Under the pieces are notes generated by a model. That model saw only the letters and a list, made by a program, of their open reading frames with translations. It did not search any database and was not told the DNA's origin. The position numbers were made by a program, and so were the translations under genes. 32,000 nt of DNA from Candidatus Karelsulcia muelleri PSPU (GTDB taxonomy: Bacteria; Bacteroidota; Bacteroidia; Flavobacteriales; Blattabacteriaceae), in contig NZ_AP013293.1 in assembly GCF_000829155.1 (NCBI RefSeq), positions 150,001 through 182,000 on the forward strand, in the 5' to 3' direction. Shown piece by piece: positions 19,517-27,590 of this stretch (its first letter is position 1; every line of letters starts with the position of its first letter).

Positions 19517-21973
19517 TTAAAATTTACTAGCTTTAATTATATCTGACAATACTCCAGATGCAGTAACTTCTGCACCTGCACCTGCACCTTTTATAATTAA
19601 TGGTTGTTCACTATATCTATGTGTATTATATAATACCATATTATCTTTTCCTTCAAGGTTAAAAAATGGATGATCAACTCCTATTGATTTTAAACGTACA
19701 TATGCATTTCCATTTTTATATTTAGCTATAAAACGTAATTTTTGACCTGTTCTTACAGTTTTTTTACGGATTTCATAAAAAAAATTATTATATTTCTCTA
19801 ATAGATTATAAAAATTATCTATTGAAGTAGATGTTAAACATTCTTCAGGTAAAAAATTTGTTTTATATATATTTTCTAATTCTAGATTAGATCCACATTC
19901 ACGTGCTAATATCAATATTTTTCTCATTACATCTATTCCGCTAAGATCTATACGTGGATCTGGTTCTGTATATCCATAATTTTGTGCTTCTATTACAACT
20001 TTAAAAAAAGTTTTATTATAAACAAATTTATTAAAAATAAAATTTAAACTTCCAGAAAGAACAGCTTCAATTTTATATATTTTATCGCCACTATTTATTA
20101 AATCATTAAGTGTACTAATAACAGGTAAACTAGCTCCTACATTAGTTTCAAAATAAAATGGAAAATTCAAATTTCTTGATAATTCTTTAAGTTTTTTATA
20201 ATATTTATAATTTGATGAACATGCTATTTTATTACATGTAATAACACCTATTCCTTTTTTTAAAATATTTTCATATATCATAGCAATATTACTATTTGCA
20301 GTATTATCAACAAAAATACTATTTCTAAGATTAATTTCAGACATTATTTCCATAAATTTATTTAAATCCATATCATAAGACATATTTTCAATATAATATT
20401 GATATTTTTTTATAAAAATTCCATCTTTTTTAAAAATCATTTTTTTACTATTTGCTAAACCAATTACTCTTAATTTAATTTTAAATTCTTTATTTAAATA
20501 TTTTTTTTGTTTATTTATTTGATATAAAAGATTACTTCCAACTTTTCCTAAACCTATTATAAATAAATTGATTTGTTTATTTTGTTTTTCAAAAAATTTT
20601 TCATGTAAAATATTTATAGCTTTTTTTAAATCTGTGTTTTTTATAACAACTGAAATATTTTTTTCAGTTGAACCTTGAGAAATAGCTCGTATATTAATAC
20701 TATTTTTCCCCATAGCACTAAATATTTTTCCACTTGTACCATGCATATTTTTCATATTATCTCCAACAATAGCTATAATACATAAATCTTTTTCTATAGA
20801 AAGGGGTTTTATACTTTTATTATATATTTCTCTGTAAAATTCATTATCTATAACTATTTTAGCTTTTAAAACATCTTTATCATGTATACCTACAGCAATA
20901 GAATGTTCTGATGAGCTTTGGGTAATTAATACTACATTTATTTTTTTTTCTGAAAGAGTTTTAAAAAGTCTTTTAGAATAACCAGGTATTCCTACCATTA
21001 CACTACCTTCTAATGTAATTAATGATATTTGTTTCATTACAGAAATTCCAGTTATAGTTTTTTTTTTAATAAAATTTCTATTTTTTAGAGAAGTTCCCTT
21101 TTTTTTTTCTAAAAAAATACTTTTAATTTTTAAAGGTATTTGGTTTTCTATAACTGGTTGTAAAGTTGGAGAATATATTATTTTAGCACAAAAATGTGAC
21201 AATTCCATGGCCTCTTCATATGAGATCTTTTTTAGAGTATAAGCTTGTGATACTAATTTTGGATCAGCTGTCATTATACCATTTACATTTGTCCATATTT
21301 CTAATAAATTTGCTTTTAAAGCTGAAGCAATAATACATGCTATATAGTCTGCCCCCCCTAATGTAGAAGTTTTTACTTCTGATGAAAAAGCTATAAAACC
21401 TGGCAATATAATAAATTTTGATTTTTCTTTTTTAAAAAAATCAATTATTTTATAATTACTTTTTTTAAAATCTATATTTGCACATTCAAATTCATAATCT
21501 GTTAAAATTAATTCTCTACTATCTTTCAATTTTACTTTTAAATTAAATTCTTTAATTTTTTCTGCTATTAAATAAGACAAATTTATAACTCCAAAATTCA
21601 TTATATTATATAATGAATATTTTGATAATTCTTCTACTTGAAAAATTCCATTACAGAAATTTTCTAAAACATTTAAATTTTTTTTTAAATTACTAATTAT
21701 ATAACTTTTTTTAGTTATTGTAAATAATTCATATATTATAATTATGTGTTTATATTCTATTAATTCTAGAATATGTTTATAATCATTATTTTTTTTAGAA
21801 GCTAATTTTCCACATTTTATTAAAATATTTGTAATATTATATAAAGCAGATATAATAATAGCATATTTTACATTATTTTTATTTTTTTTTAAAATATTAC
21901 ATATTTTTTTTAGTGATACACTATCAATTAGTGAACTACTTCCAAACTTTAATACTTTTATAGCATTTGCCAT
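19517..21973 (-). CDS. thrA: bifunctional aspartokinase / homoserine dehydrogenase
   Basis: 818 aa. It has an N-terminal aspartokinase (VLKFGSSSL...), a central ACT region, and a C-terminal homoserine dehydrogenase with IIGLGKVGSNL dinucleotide binding and a YGYTEPDPRIDLSGIDV segment. Confidence 0.94.
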   Translation of the reverse strand: MANAIKVLKFGSSSLIDSVSLKKICNILKKNKNNVKYAIIISALYNITNILIKCGKLASKKNNDYKHILELIEYKHIIIIYELFTITKKSYIISNLKKNLNVLENFCNGIFQVEELSKYSLYNIMNFGVINLSYLIAEKIKEFNLKVKLKDSRELILTDYEFECANIDFKKSNYKIIDFFKKEKSKFIILPGFIAFSSEVKTSTLGGADYIACIIASALKANLLEIWTNVNGIMTADPKLVSQAYTLKKISYEEAMELSHFCAKIIYSPTLQPVIENQIPLKIKSIFLEKKKGTSLKNRNFIKKKTITGISVMKQISLITLEGSVMVGIPGYSKRLFKTLSEKKINVVLITQSSSEHSIAVGIHDKDVLKAKIVIDNEFYREIYNKSIKPLSIEKDLCIIAIVGDNMKNMHGTSGKIFSAMGKNSINIRAISQGSTEKNISVVIKNTDLKKAINILHEKFFEKQNKQINLFIIGLGKVGSNLLYQINKQKKYLNKEFKIKLRVIGLANSKKMIFKKDGIFIKKYQYYIENMSYDMDLNKFMEIMSEINLRNSIFVDNTANSNIAMIYENILKKGIGVITCNKIACSSNYKYYKKLKELSRNLNFPFYFETNVGASLPVISTLNDLINSGDKIYKIEAVLSGSLNFIFNKFVYNKTFFKVVIEAQNYGYTEPDPRIDLSGIDVMRKILILARECGSNLELENIYKTNFLPEECLTSTSIDNFYNLLEKYNNFFYEIRKKTVRTGQKLRFIAKYKNGNAYVRLKSIGVDHPFFNLEGKDNMVLYNTHRYSEQPLIIKGAGAGAEVTASGVLSDIIKASKF

Positions 21974-22013
21974 TCTACAACTTTATAGAAAAATACGGTT
22001 TTTTATTTCTTCG

Positions 22014-22086
22014 TGATCACGACAGGATTCGAACCTGTAACATACTGCTTAGAAGGCAGTTGCTCTATCCATTGAGCTACGTGACC
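22014..22086 (-). tRNA. tRNA-Arg (anticodon UCU)
   Basis: The reverse complement folds as GGTCACG-TA-GCTCAATGGATAGAGC-A-ACTGC CTTCTAA GCAGT-ATGTT-ACAGGTTCGAATCCTGT-CGTGATC-A. The anticodon loop CTTCTAA gives TCT. No CCA is encoded. Confidence 0.9.
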
Positions 22087-22093
22087 TTCGAAG

Positions 22094-22168
22094 TCGGGAT
22101 GATAGGATTCGAACCTACGACCTCCTGGTCCCAAACCAGGCGCGATAACCGTACTACGCTACATCCCG
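22094..22168 (-). tRNA. tRNA-Pro (anticodon UGG)
   Basis: The reverse complement is CGGGATG...CCTGG TTTGGGA CCAGG...GTAGGTTCGAATCCTAT CATCCCG A. The acceptor is fully paired and the anticodon is TGG. No CCA is encoded. Confidence 0.9.
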
Positions 22169-22171
22169 TTG

Positions 22172-22257
22172 CGGAGAGTGTGAGATTTGAACTCACGAAG
22201 CAAATAAATTGCTGACAGTTTAGCAAACTGTTCCGTTAACCACTCCGGCAACTCTCC
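22172..22257 (-). tRNA. tRNA-Ser (anticodon GCU)
   Basis: The reverse complement is GGAGAGT-TG-CCGGAGTGGTTAACGG-A-ACAGT TTGCTAA ACTGT, then a long variable arm, then GTGAGTTCAAATCTCAC-ACTCTCC-G. The anticodon is GCT. No CCA is encoded. Confidence 0.9.
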
Positions 22258-22262
22258 TTATA

Positions 22263-23537
22263 CTATATATAATTTATTCTATTTAATAATTCTTTTTCAT
22301 AATTGACCCAATTAGTTATATTTTTTTTAGAAACTCCAGATTTTATAGCTGCTTTGGCAACAGCTGGAGCTACATATGTTATTAACCTTTTATCAAAAGG
22401 TTTGGGTATAATATAATTTTTACCAAATTCAATTGTTTTTTCATGATAAATAATATTTATATTTTTTGGTACTGGCTCTTTAGCCAGATTAGCTATAGCT
22501 TTTATAGCTGCTAATTTCATTTCTTCGTTAATTATAGTAGCCTTTACATCTAAAGCTCCTCTAAAGATATATGGAAATCCTAAAACATTATTAACTTGAT
22601 TTGGATAATCACTTCTACCAGTAGCTATAATAATATCAGGACGTATTTTTATTGCCATATTATAATCTATTTCTGGCTCTGGATTTGCCAGAGCAAAAAC
22701 TATTGGATTTTTTGCCATACTAATTATCATTTCTTTCGTTAAAATATTTCCAACAGATAAACCTATAAATATATCTGCATTTTTAATTACCTCATTTAAA
22801 GTTTTTAAATCAGTATTAATAGCAAATTCTAATTTTTCTTTATTTATATTTTTTCTTAAAGTATTTATTACTCCATTTCTATCACACATGACAATATTTT
22901 CAGGTTTGACTCCTAATTTTTTATAAATTCTTGTGCAGGAAATAGCTGCAGAACCAGCTCCATTAACAACCATTTTTACTTTTTTAATATCTTTATTAAC
23001 TAATTCTATAGCATTAATTAAAGCCGCACCTGATATAATAGCAGTACCATGTTGATCATCATGCATGATTGGAATATTTAATTCTTTTTTTAAGATATTT
23101 TCTATTTCAAAAGCTTCTGGAGCTTTAATATCTTCTAAATTTATTCCACCAAAAGTTGGTGCTATAGATTTAACTATTTTTATAAATTTTTCTACATCTG
23201 TTTCATTGATTTCTATATCAAATACATCAATTCCAGAAAATATTTTAAATAAAAGAGCTTTTCCTTCCATTACAGGTTTAGATGCAAGGGGCCCTATATT
23301 TCCTAACCCTAATACAGCTGTTCCATTTGTTATAACAGCTACTAAATTTCCCTTATTTGTATATTTATATACTTTTTGGGGATTCTGTGATATTTCTTTG
23401 CAAGGTTCTGCTACTCCAGGAGAGTAAGCTAAAGATAAATCTTCTTGAGTTTTATATTTTTTAGTAGGTGAAATTTTTATTTTTCCAGAAGGAAATTTAC
23501 TATGATAGTCTAAAGCTTTTTTTTTAAATTTATTCAT
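22263..23537 (-). CDS. maeB: NAD(P)-dependent malic enzyme (malic-enzyme domains only, no PTA-like domain)
   Basis: 424 aa with [53 protein letters not shown] and the NAD(P) motif [10 protein letters not shown]. Confidence 0.9.
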   Translation of the reverse strand: MNKFKKKALDYHSKFPSGKIKISPTKKYKTQEDLSLAYSPGVAEPCKEISQNPQKVYKYTNKGNLVAVITNGTAVLGLGNIGPLASKPVMEGKALLFKIFSGIDVFDIEINETDVEKFIKIVKSIAPTFGGINLEDIKAPEAFEIENILKKELNIPIMHDDQHGTAIISGAALINAIELVNKDIKKVKMVVNGAGSAAISCTRIYKKLGVKPENIVMCDRNGVINTLRKNINKEKLEFAINTDLKTLNEVIKNADIFIGLSVGNILTKEMIISMAKNPIVFALANPEPEIDYNMAIKIRPDIIIATGRSDYPNQVNNVLGFPYIFRGALDVKATIINEEMKLAAIKAIANLAKEPVPKNINIIYHEKTIEFGKNYIIPKPFDKRLITYVAPAVAKAAIKSGVSKKNITNWVNYEKELLNRINYI

Positions 23538-24210
23538 TTTTAATAATTTGTTTTGTCAATAATGAGTATTCAATAGGAGATACATATGGAAGACCTAATC
23601 CTAATCCACGAATTAATAATAAAATTCCTATTATTAATGTTAATATTGTTATATTATTTAATAATATATTTTTAATATTAAAATTAATATATTTGCCTAT
23701 ACTAAATGTAGTAAACATCATAGGTACTGTACCTAATCCAAAATAAAACATAAACATTACACCCCAAAAAATATTTCCTATAGAAATAGCTATACTAATA
23801 GCTATGTAAACTATACTACATGGTAGAAGTCCATTTAAAATTCCTATAATAAAGAATGATTTTTTTTTAAAAAAAAATATCAAAGATATTATTTTTTTTA
23901 AAAAAAAATATATATTATATTTTTTTTTAAAAAAAAATGAACAAATTAGATTTCCCCCTAAAAATAATGATAATTTTTTTTGAAATCCTGCTAATGCAAA
24001 TTCATACCCTATTATTCCAAATATAAATCCTAATAAAATATAGGATATAATTCTGCCTATTTGATATAGTAAATTTTTTATTAACATTTTTATTTTATTT
24101 TCTCTTTCTAGAGAAAAAAAAAACGTAATAGGTCCACACATGCTAAAACAATGAATACTACTAATCAATCCTAATATAAATCCTATAGTAATATAATTTA
24201 ATTTTTCCAT
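23530..24210 (-). CDS. DsbD_2 / TauE-SafE-like membrane protein associated with cbb3 oxidase clusters
   Basis: 226-aa polytopic membrane protein. The N-terminal [12 protein letters not shown] motif (HCxxMCGP), central [13 protein letters not shown] and C-terminal [12 protein letters not shown] resemble the protein found at the end of flavobacterial cco clusters. The stop overlaps the maeB start by 8 nt. Confidence 0.7.
   Translation of the reverse strand: MEKLNYITIGFILGLISSIHCFSMCGPITFFFSLERENKIKMLIKNLLYQIGRIISYILLGFIFGIIGYEFALAGFQKKLSLFLGGNLICSFFFKKKYNIYFFLKKIISLIFFFKKKSFFIIGILNGLLPCSIVYIAISIAISIGNIFWGVMFMFYFGLGTVPMMFTTFSIGKYINFNIKNILLNNITILTLIIGILLLIRGLGLGLPYVSPIEYSLLTKQIIKNE
23860..23937. 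repeat. three T8-9/A9 palindromic homopolymer pairs about 30 nt apart inside the DsbD_2-like CDS
   Basis: T9A9 at 23860-23877, T8A9 at 23892-23908 and T9A9 at 23920-23937. On the coding strand they encode FFFKKK / FFLKK / FFFKKK. Confidence 0.8.
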
Positions 24211-24261
24211 ATGAAATTTCTATTTCATAGAAAAAATGTATAATTTATTAATTTTTTTAAA

Positions 24262-25071
24262 TTAATAAAAATTAATTTTGTCACCTTCTGGAGATTTTGG
24301 ATTATTTGGTTTTTTATTTTTTTTATTTATAAAATAAATATAACTAGATAATTTTTCAATATCATTGCCTTTTATTTCTCCTGAAGCGCCAAAAGCCCTC
24401 ATAACTTTATTATTTTTACTACCATTCCAGATTATATAAAATATATTTTTTATAAGAGTTTTTTCTGTATGATTTATCCAATAATCATCTGTTAAATTAG
24501 GTCCTATATTTCCTCCTCCATCAACATTATGACAAGTTGCACAATTTTCATTAAATAGTTTTTTTCCATCATTTATAAATTTTTTATCAAATTTTACAGT
24601 ATCTAGATTAGCTTGTGGTTTTTTTTTTTCATATTCTTTTATTTTTTTTAATTGATTTTTATATGCTATTTTATATTCAAATTGTTGATTGGCAAAATTT
24701 GTAAATAAAAAAGAAAAAAAATATAATGTAGACATTACTATAGTAATAATAAAAATTTGTTTCCACCATTTAGGAATTTTATTATCTAATTCTAATATTC
24801 CATCAAATCCATGATCAATTTTTTTAATTTTTTTACTATAAATAAAATTATTTTTATTTTTATTTTTATTTATAAAATAAATTTTTTCGTTAATAATTAT
24901 ATTATCTATATAATAGCTTAATATTATTATTATTAATAATAATATATATATAATTATTGATAATGGATGTTTTATATAATAAAAATCACCATCTAAAAAC
25001 ACATAAAAAATAAATATTATAATAAAAAATGAATAAAACATTTTTATTAAAGATGGATGTTTAGATAGCAT
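24262..25071 (-). CDS. ccoP: cbb3-type cytochrome c oxidase subunit III (CcoP/FixP), single heme-c motif
   Basis: 269 aa. The FixP N-terminal motif HGFDGILELDNKIPKWW is followed by a TM helix. There is one CXXCH site (CATCH) with a downstream Met in VMRAFG. Two extra N-terminal TM helices are present, as I recall for flavobacterial homologues. Confidence 0.85.
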   Translation of the reverse strand: MLSKHPSLIKMFYSFFIIIFIFYVFLDGDFYYIKHPLSIIIYILLLIIIILSYYIDNIIINEKIYFINKNKNKNNFIYSKKIKKIDHGFDGILELDNKIPKWWKQIFIITIVMSTLYFFSFLFTNFANQQFEYKIAYKNQLKKIKEYEKKKPQANLDTVKFDKKFINDGKKLFNENCATCHNVDGGGNIGPNLTDDYWINHTEKTLIKNIFYIIWNGSKNNKVMRAFGASGEIKGNDIEKLSSYIYFINKKNKKPNNPKSPEGDKINFY

Positions 25072-25093
25072 AATTTTTATTGATTTTATAAAG

Positions 25094-25252
25094 TCAAATT
25101 ATATTACTTATATATAAATAAGTTTTTTGAGATTTTGTAAAAATAAAAATTAATATAAAAATAAAAATTATAAAATATAATAATAAAATTATAGACTGTA
25201 TAATATAAAAATTTTTTATTATTAATAAATAATGTTTAAAAAAAAATATCAT
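25094..25252 (-). CDS. ccoQ: small single-TM protein, CcoQ/FixQ-like cbb3 oxidase subunit (not in ORF track)
   Basis: Hand translation gives MIFFFKHYLLIIKNFYIIQSIILLLYFIIFIFILIFIFTKSQKTYLYISNII*, 52 aa with a TGA stop. The ATG is 4 nt after the ccoNO stop and the ORF ends 22 nt before the ccoP start. It has one hydrophobic helix followed by a basic/polar tail, in the canonical ccoQ position. Confidence 0.6.
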   Translation of the reverse strand: MIFFFKHYLLIIKNFYIIQSIILLLYFIIFIFILIFIFTKSQKTYLYISNII

Positions 25253-25256
25253 TTAA

Positions 25257-27437
25257 TTATTTTTTTTTTATATCTTTTCCTAATCTTTGTAAATATGATA
25301 TTAATGCAATTATTTCTCTATCTTTTAAAGATATAAATTTAGATCCATAATATTTTTTTTGAAAATCTATCTGATTTTTTATCTCAGGAGATTCTTTATA
25401 TATTTCTTGTTCTAAAAAAGAAGCTTGTCTATCAAGATAATTATATGCATTTTCTATATCTCTTTTAGAATAAGGAACTCCTAGTTTCTTCAGAGAATTC
25501 ATTTTTAATAATAAATTATTTTTATATAATTTTCTATAAATTAACCATGGATATCTTGGCATAATAGATCCTGGAGAGGTAGATCTTGGGTCAAACATAT
25601 GTTTAAAATGCCATGAACTAGTATTTTTCCCTCCTTCTCTAGCTAAATCAGGACCAGTACGCTTAGATCCCCATAAAAAAGGGTGATCGTATACAAATTC
25701 ACCAGCTTTAGAATATTTTCCATAACGGACTACTTCATCACGAAATGGACGTACAATTTGAGAATGACATCCATTACATCCTTCTCTAATATATAAATCT
25801 CTACCTTCTAATTCAAGTGGGGAATAAGGTCTAACACTACTTATAGTAGGTATATTTGATTTTATTACTATAGTAGGGATTATTTCTACTAATCCACCAA
25901 TAGAAACTACTATTAAAGTCAGTATATAAAATATTATTGGTTTGGTTTCTAACCAACTATGAAAATTTTTATTATTATTAATATTCTTATCATTAAAAGT
26001 AATTAATTCGCCAGTTTCATCATTAATAAAAACTCCTTGTTTTATTGTTTTATATATATTAAACATCATAAATAGAAATCCTAACATATATAAAAATCCT
26101 CCTATAAATCTTATTTTATAAAAAGGAATGATCTTAATTACAGAATCTAAAAAATTTTTATTTAAAAGTGTTCCATCAGGATTAAATTCTTTCCACATTT
26201 TTGATTGTACTATTGCACTACAATACATTGGTATAACATATAATAATATCCCTAAAGTACCTAAAAAGAAATGTATATTAGTATATAATTTAGAATAAAT
26301 TTTAGTATTCCATAATTTTTCTACAAGCCAATAAATTACTCCAAAAGCCATAAATCCATTCCAGCCTAAAGTTCCTATATGAACATGTGCAACTATCCAA
26401 TCAGTAAAATGAGCTATAGAATTTAATTTTTGAGTAGCAAGTATAGGACCTTCAAATGTAGCAATTCCATAACAAGTAAGAGATAAAACAAAAAATTTTA
26501 AAATTGGATTTTTATAAGAACCTCTTAATGTTAATAAACCATTTAACATTCCCCCCCATGAAGGAGCAATTAACATAATTGAAAATATAGTTCCTAACAT
26601 TTGAGCCCATGCAGGGAGAGCAGTGTAAATTAAATGATGTGGACCTGCCCAGATATATATAAAGATTAATGACCAAAAATGTATAATTGATAATTTATAT
26701 GAAAAAATTGGTTTTTCTGAAGCTTTAGGAACGAAATAATACATTAAACCTAATATTGGTGTAGTTAAAATAAATGCTACAGCATTATGACCATACCACC
26801 ATTGTACTAAAGCATCTTGAACTCCAGCATAAATAGAATAACTTTTAAAAGATGATAAAGATATAGGTAATTCTATATTATTAAATATATGAAGTATACA
26901 TACACTTACCCAGGTTCCAATAAAAAACCAAATAGATACATATATATGTTTAATCCTTCTTTTAAGGATTGTACCTATAATATTTATTCCATAAATAATC
27001 CAGACAATACAGATTATTATATCTAATGGCCATTCATGTTCTGAATATTCTTTACTAGTATTTATTCCGAATAAAAATGTAATCCAAGATAACATAATAA
27101 ATATTTGCCATCCCCAAAAGTTTATCCAACTTAATATATCACTATACATTCTTGATTTTAATAAACGTTGTAAAGAATAATAAGAACCGGTAAAAATTAT
27201 ATTTCCTATAAATGCAAATATAACTGTTGTCGTATGTATCATTCTTAAACGACCAAAACCCATGACCCCATTATAATATTTTAGACTATGTCCAAATATT
27301 ATTTCTGGTAAATTTGGATAAAATAGCATTAAAGAAATAATAACCCCTATTAAAAAACCTGTAAAAGCCCAAAATATTGTAGCATATAAAAAGGCTTTTA
27401 CAATTTTATTATCATAATAAAATTTTTCTATTTTCAT
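25257..27437 (-). CDS. ccoNO: cbb3-type cytochrome c oxidase, fused subunits I and II (CcoN/CcoO)
   Basis: 726 aa. The N-terminal two-thirds is a polytopic heme-copper oxidase core. The C-terminal third has a TM anchor, the heme-c site CNGCHSQ and GPDLAREGGK...WHFKHMFDPRSTSPGSIMPRY (CcoO). This fusion is typical of Bacteroidota. Confidence 0.95.
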   Translation of the reverse strand: MKIEKFYYDNKIVKAFLYATIFWAFTGFLIGVIISLMLFYPNLPEIIFGHSLKYYNGVMGFGRLRMIHTTTVIFAFIGNIIFTGSYYSLQRLLKSRMYSDILSWINFWGWQIFIMLSWITFLFGINTSKEYSEHEWPLDIIICIVWIIYGINIIGTILKRRIKHIYVSIWFFIGTWVSVCILHIFNNIELPISLSSFKSYSIYAGVQDALVQWWYGHNAVAFILTTPILGLMYYFVPKASEKPIFSYKLSIIHFWSLIFIYIWAGPHHLIYTALPAWAQMLGTIFSIMLIAPSWGGMLNGLLTLRGSYKNPILKFFVLSLTCYGIATFEGPILATQKLNSIAHFTDWIVAHVHIGTLGWNGFMAFGVIYWLVEKLWNTKIYSKLYTNIHFFLGTLGILLYVIPMYCSAIVQSKMWKEFNPDGTLLNKNFLDSVIKIIPFYKIRFIGGFLYMLGFLFMMFNIYKTIKQGVFINDETGELITFNDKNINNNKNFHSWLETKPIIFYILTLIVVSIGGLVEIIPTIVIKSNIPTISSVRPYSPLELEGRDLYIREGCNGCHSQIVRPFRDEVVRYGKYSKAGEFVYDHPFLWGSKRTGPDLAREGGKNTSSWHFKHMFDPRSTSPGSIMPRYPWLIYRKLYKNNLLLKMNSLKKLGVPYSKRDIENAYNYLDRQASFLEQEIYKESPEIKNQIDFQKKYYGSKFISLKDREIIALISYLQRLGKDIKKK

Positions 27438-27451
27438 ATATTTTATATTAT

Positions 27452-27589
27452 TTAATTCTCAATTAACATTCTTATAGAAGACGATTCATAATCATAAAAT
27501 TGATTATTATTTGCAATAATAATAAATATTATTAGAAATATCATACTTATAATTATACTTGTTAATATCATTAATATGAATATATCCAT
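27452..27589 (-). CDS. ccoS: cbb3 oxidase maturation protein CcoS/FixS (not in ORF track)
   Basis: Hand translation gives MDIFILMILTSIIISMIFLIIFIIIANNNQFYDYESSSIRMLIEN*, 45 aa. It has a single TM helix followed by a Q-F/Y-x-D...R-M-L tail, like the CcoS consensus (...GQ-Y-D/E-D...R-i-L). The ATG is 1 nt after the ccoI stop and the stop is 14 nt before the ccoNO start. Confidence 0.75.
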   Translation of the reverse strand: MDIFILMILTSIIISMIFLIIFIIIANNNQFYDYESSSIRMLIEN

Positions 27590-27590
27590 T

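Noticed and set aside
21974-22013. A thr-operon leader peptide or attenuator upstream of thrA.
   Set aside because: The 40-nt spacer (minus strand: cgaagaaataaaaaaccgtatttttctataaagttgtaga) has no ORF, no Thr/Ile codon run, and no alternative hairpins.
21967-22215. An 82-aa plus-strand ORF with unusually GC-rich codons.
   Set aside because: It is the antisense of three minus-strand tRNA genes (Arg, Pro, Ser). The GC-rich structured RNA sequence simply lacks stop codons.
23065-23427. A 120-aa plus-strand ORF antisense to maeB.
   Set aside because: It lies fully inside the best-conserved, least AT-rich part of the malic enzyme gene. It has no recognisable motifs and no leader of its own, so it is a typical shadow ORF.
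24211-24228. A hairpin, ATGAAAT-TTCT-ATTTCAT, immediately upstream of the DsbD_2-like start codon.
   Set aside because: A 7-bp nearly all-A/T stem is within chance expectation for this composition, and no supporting feature is present.
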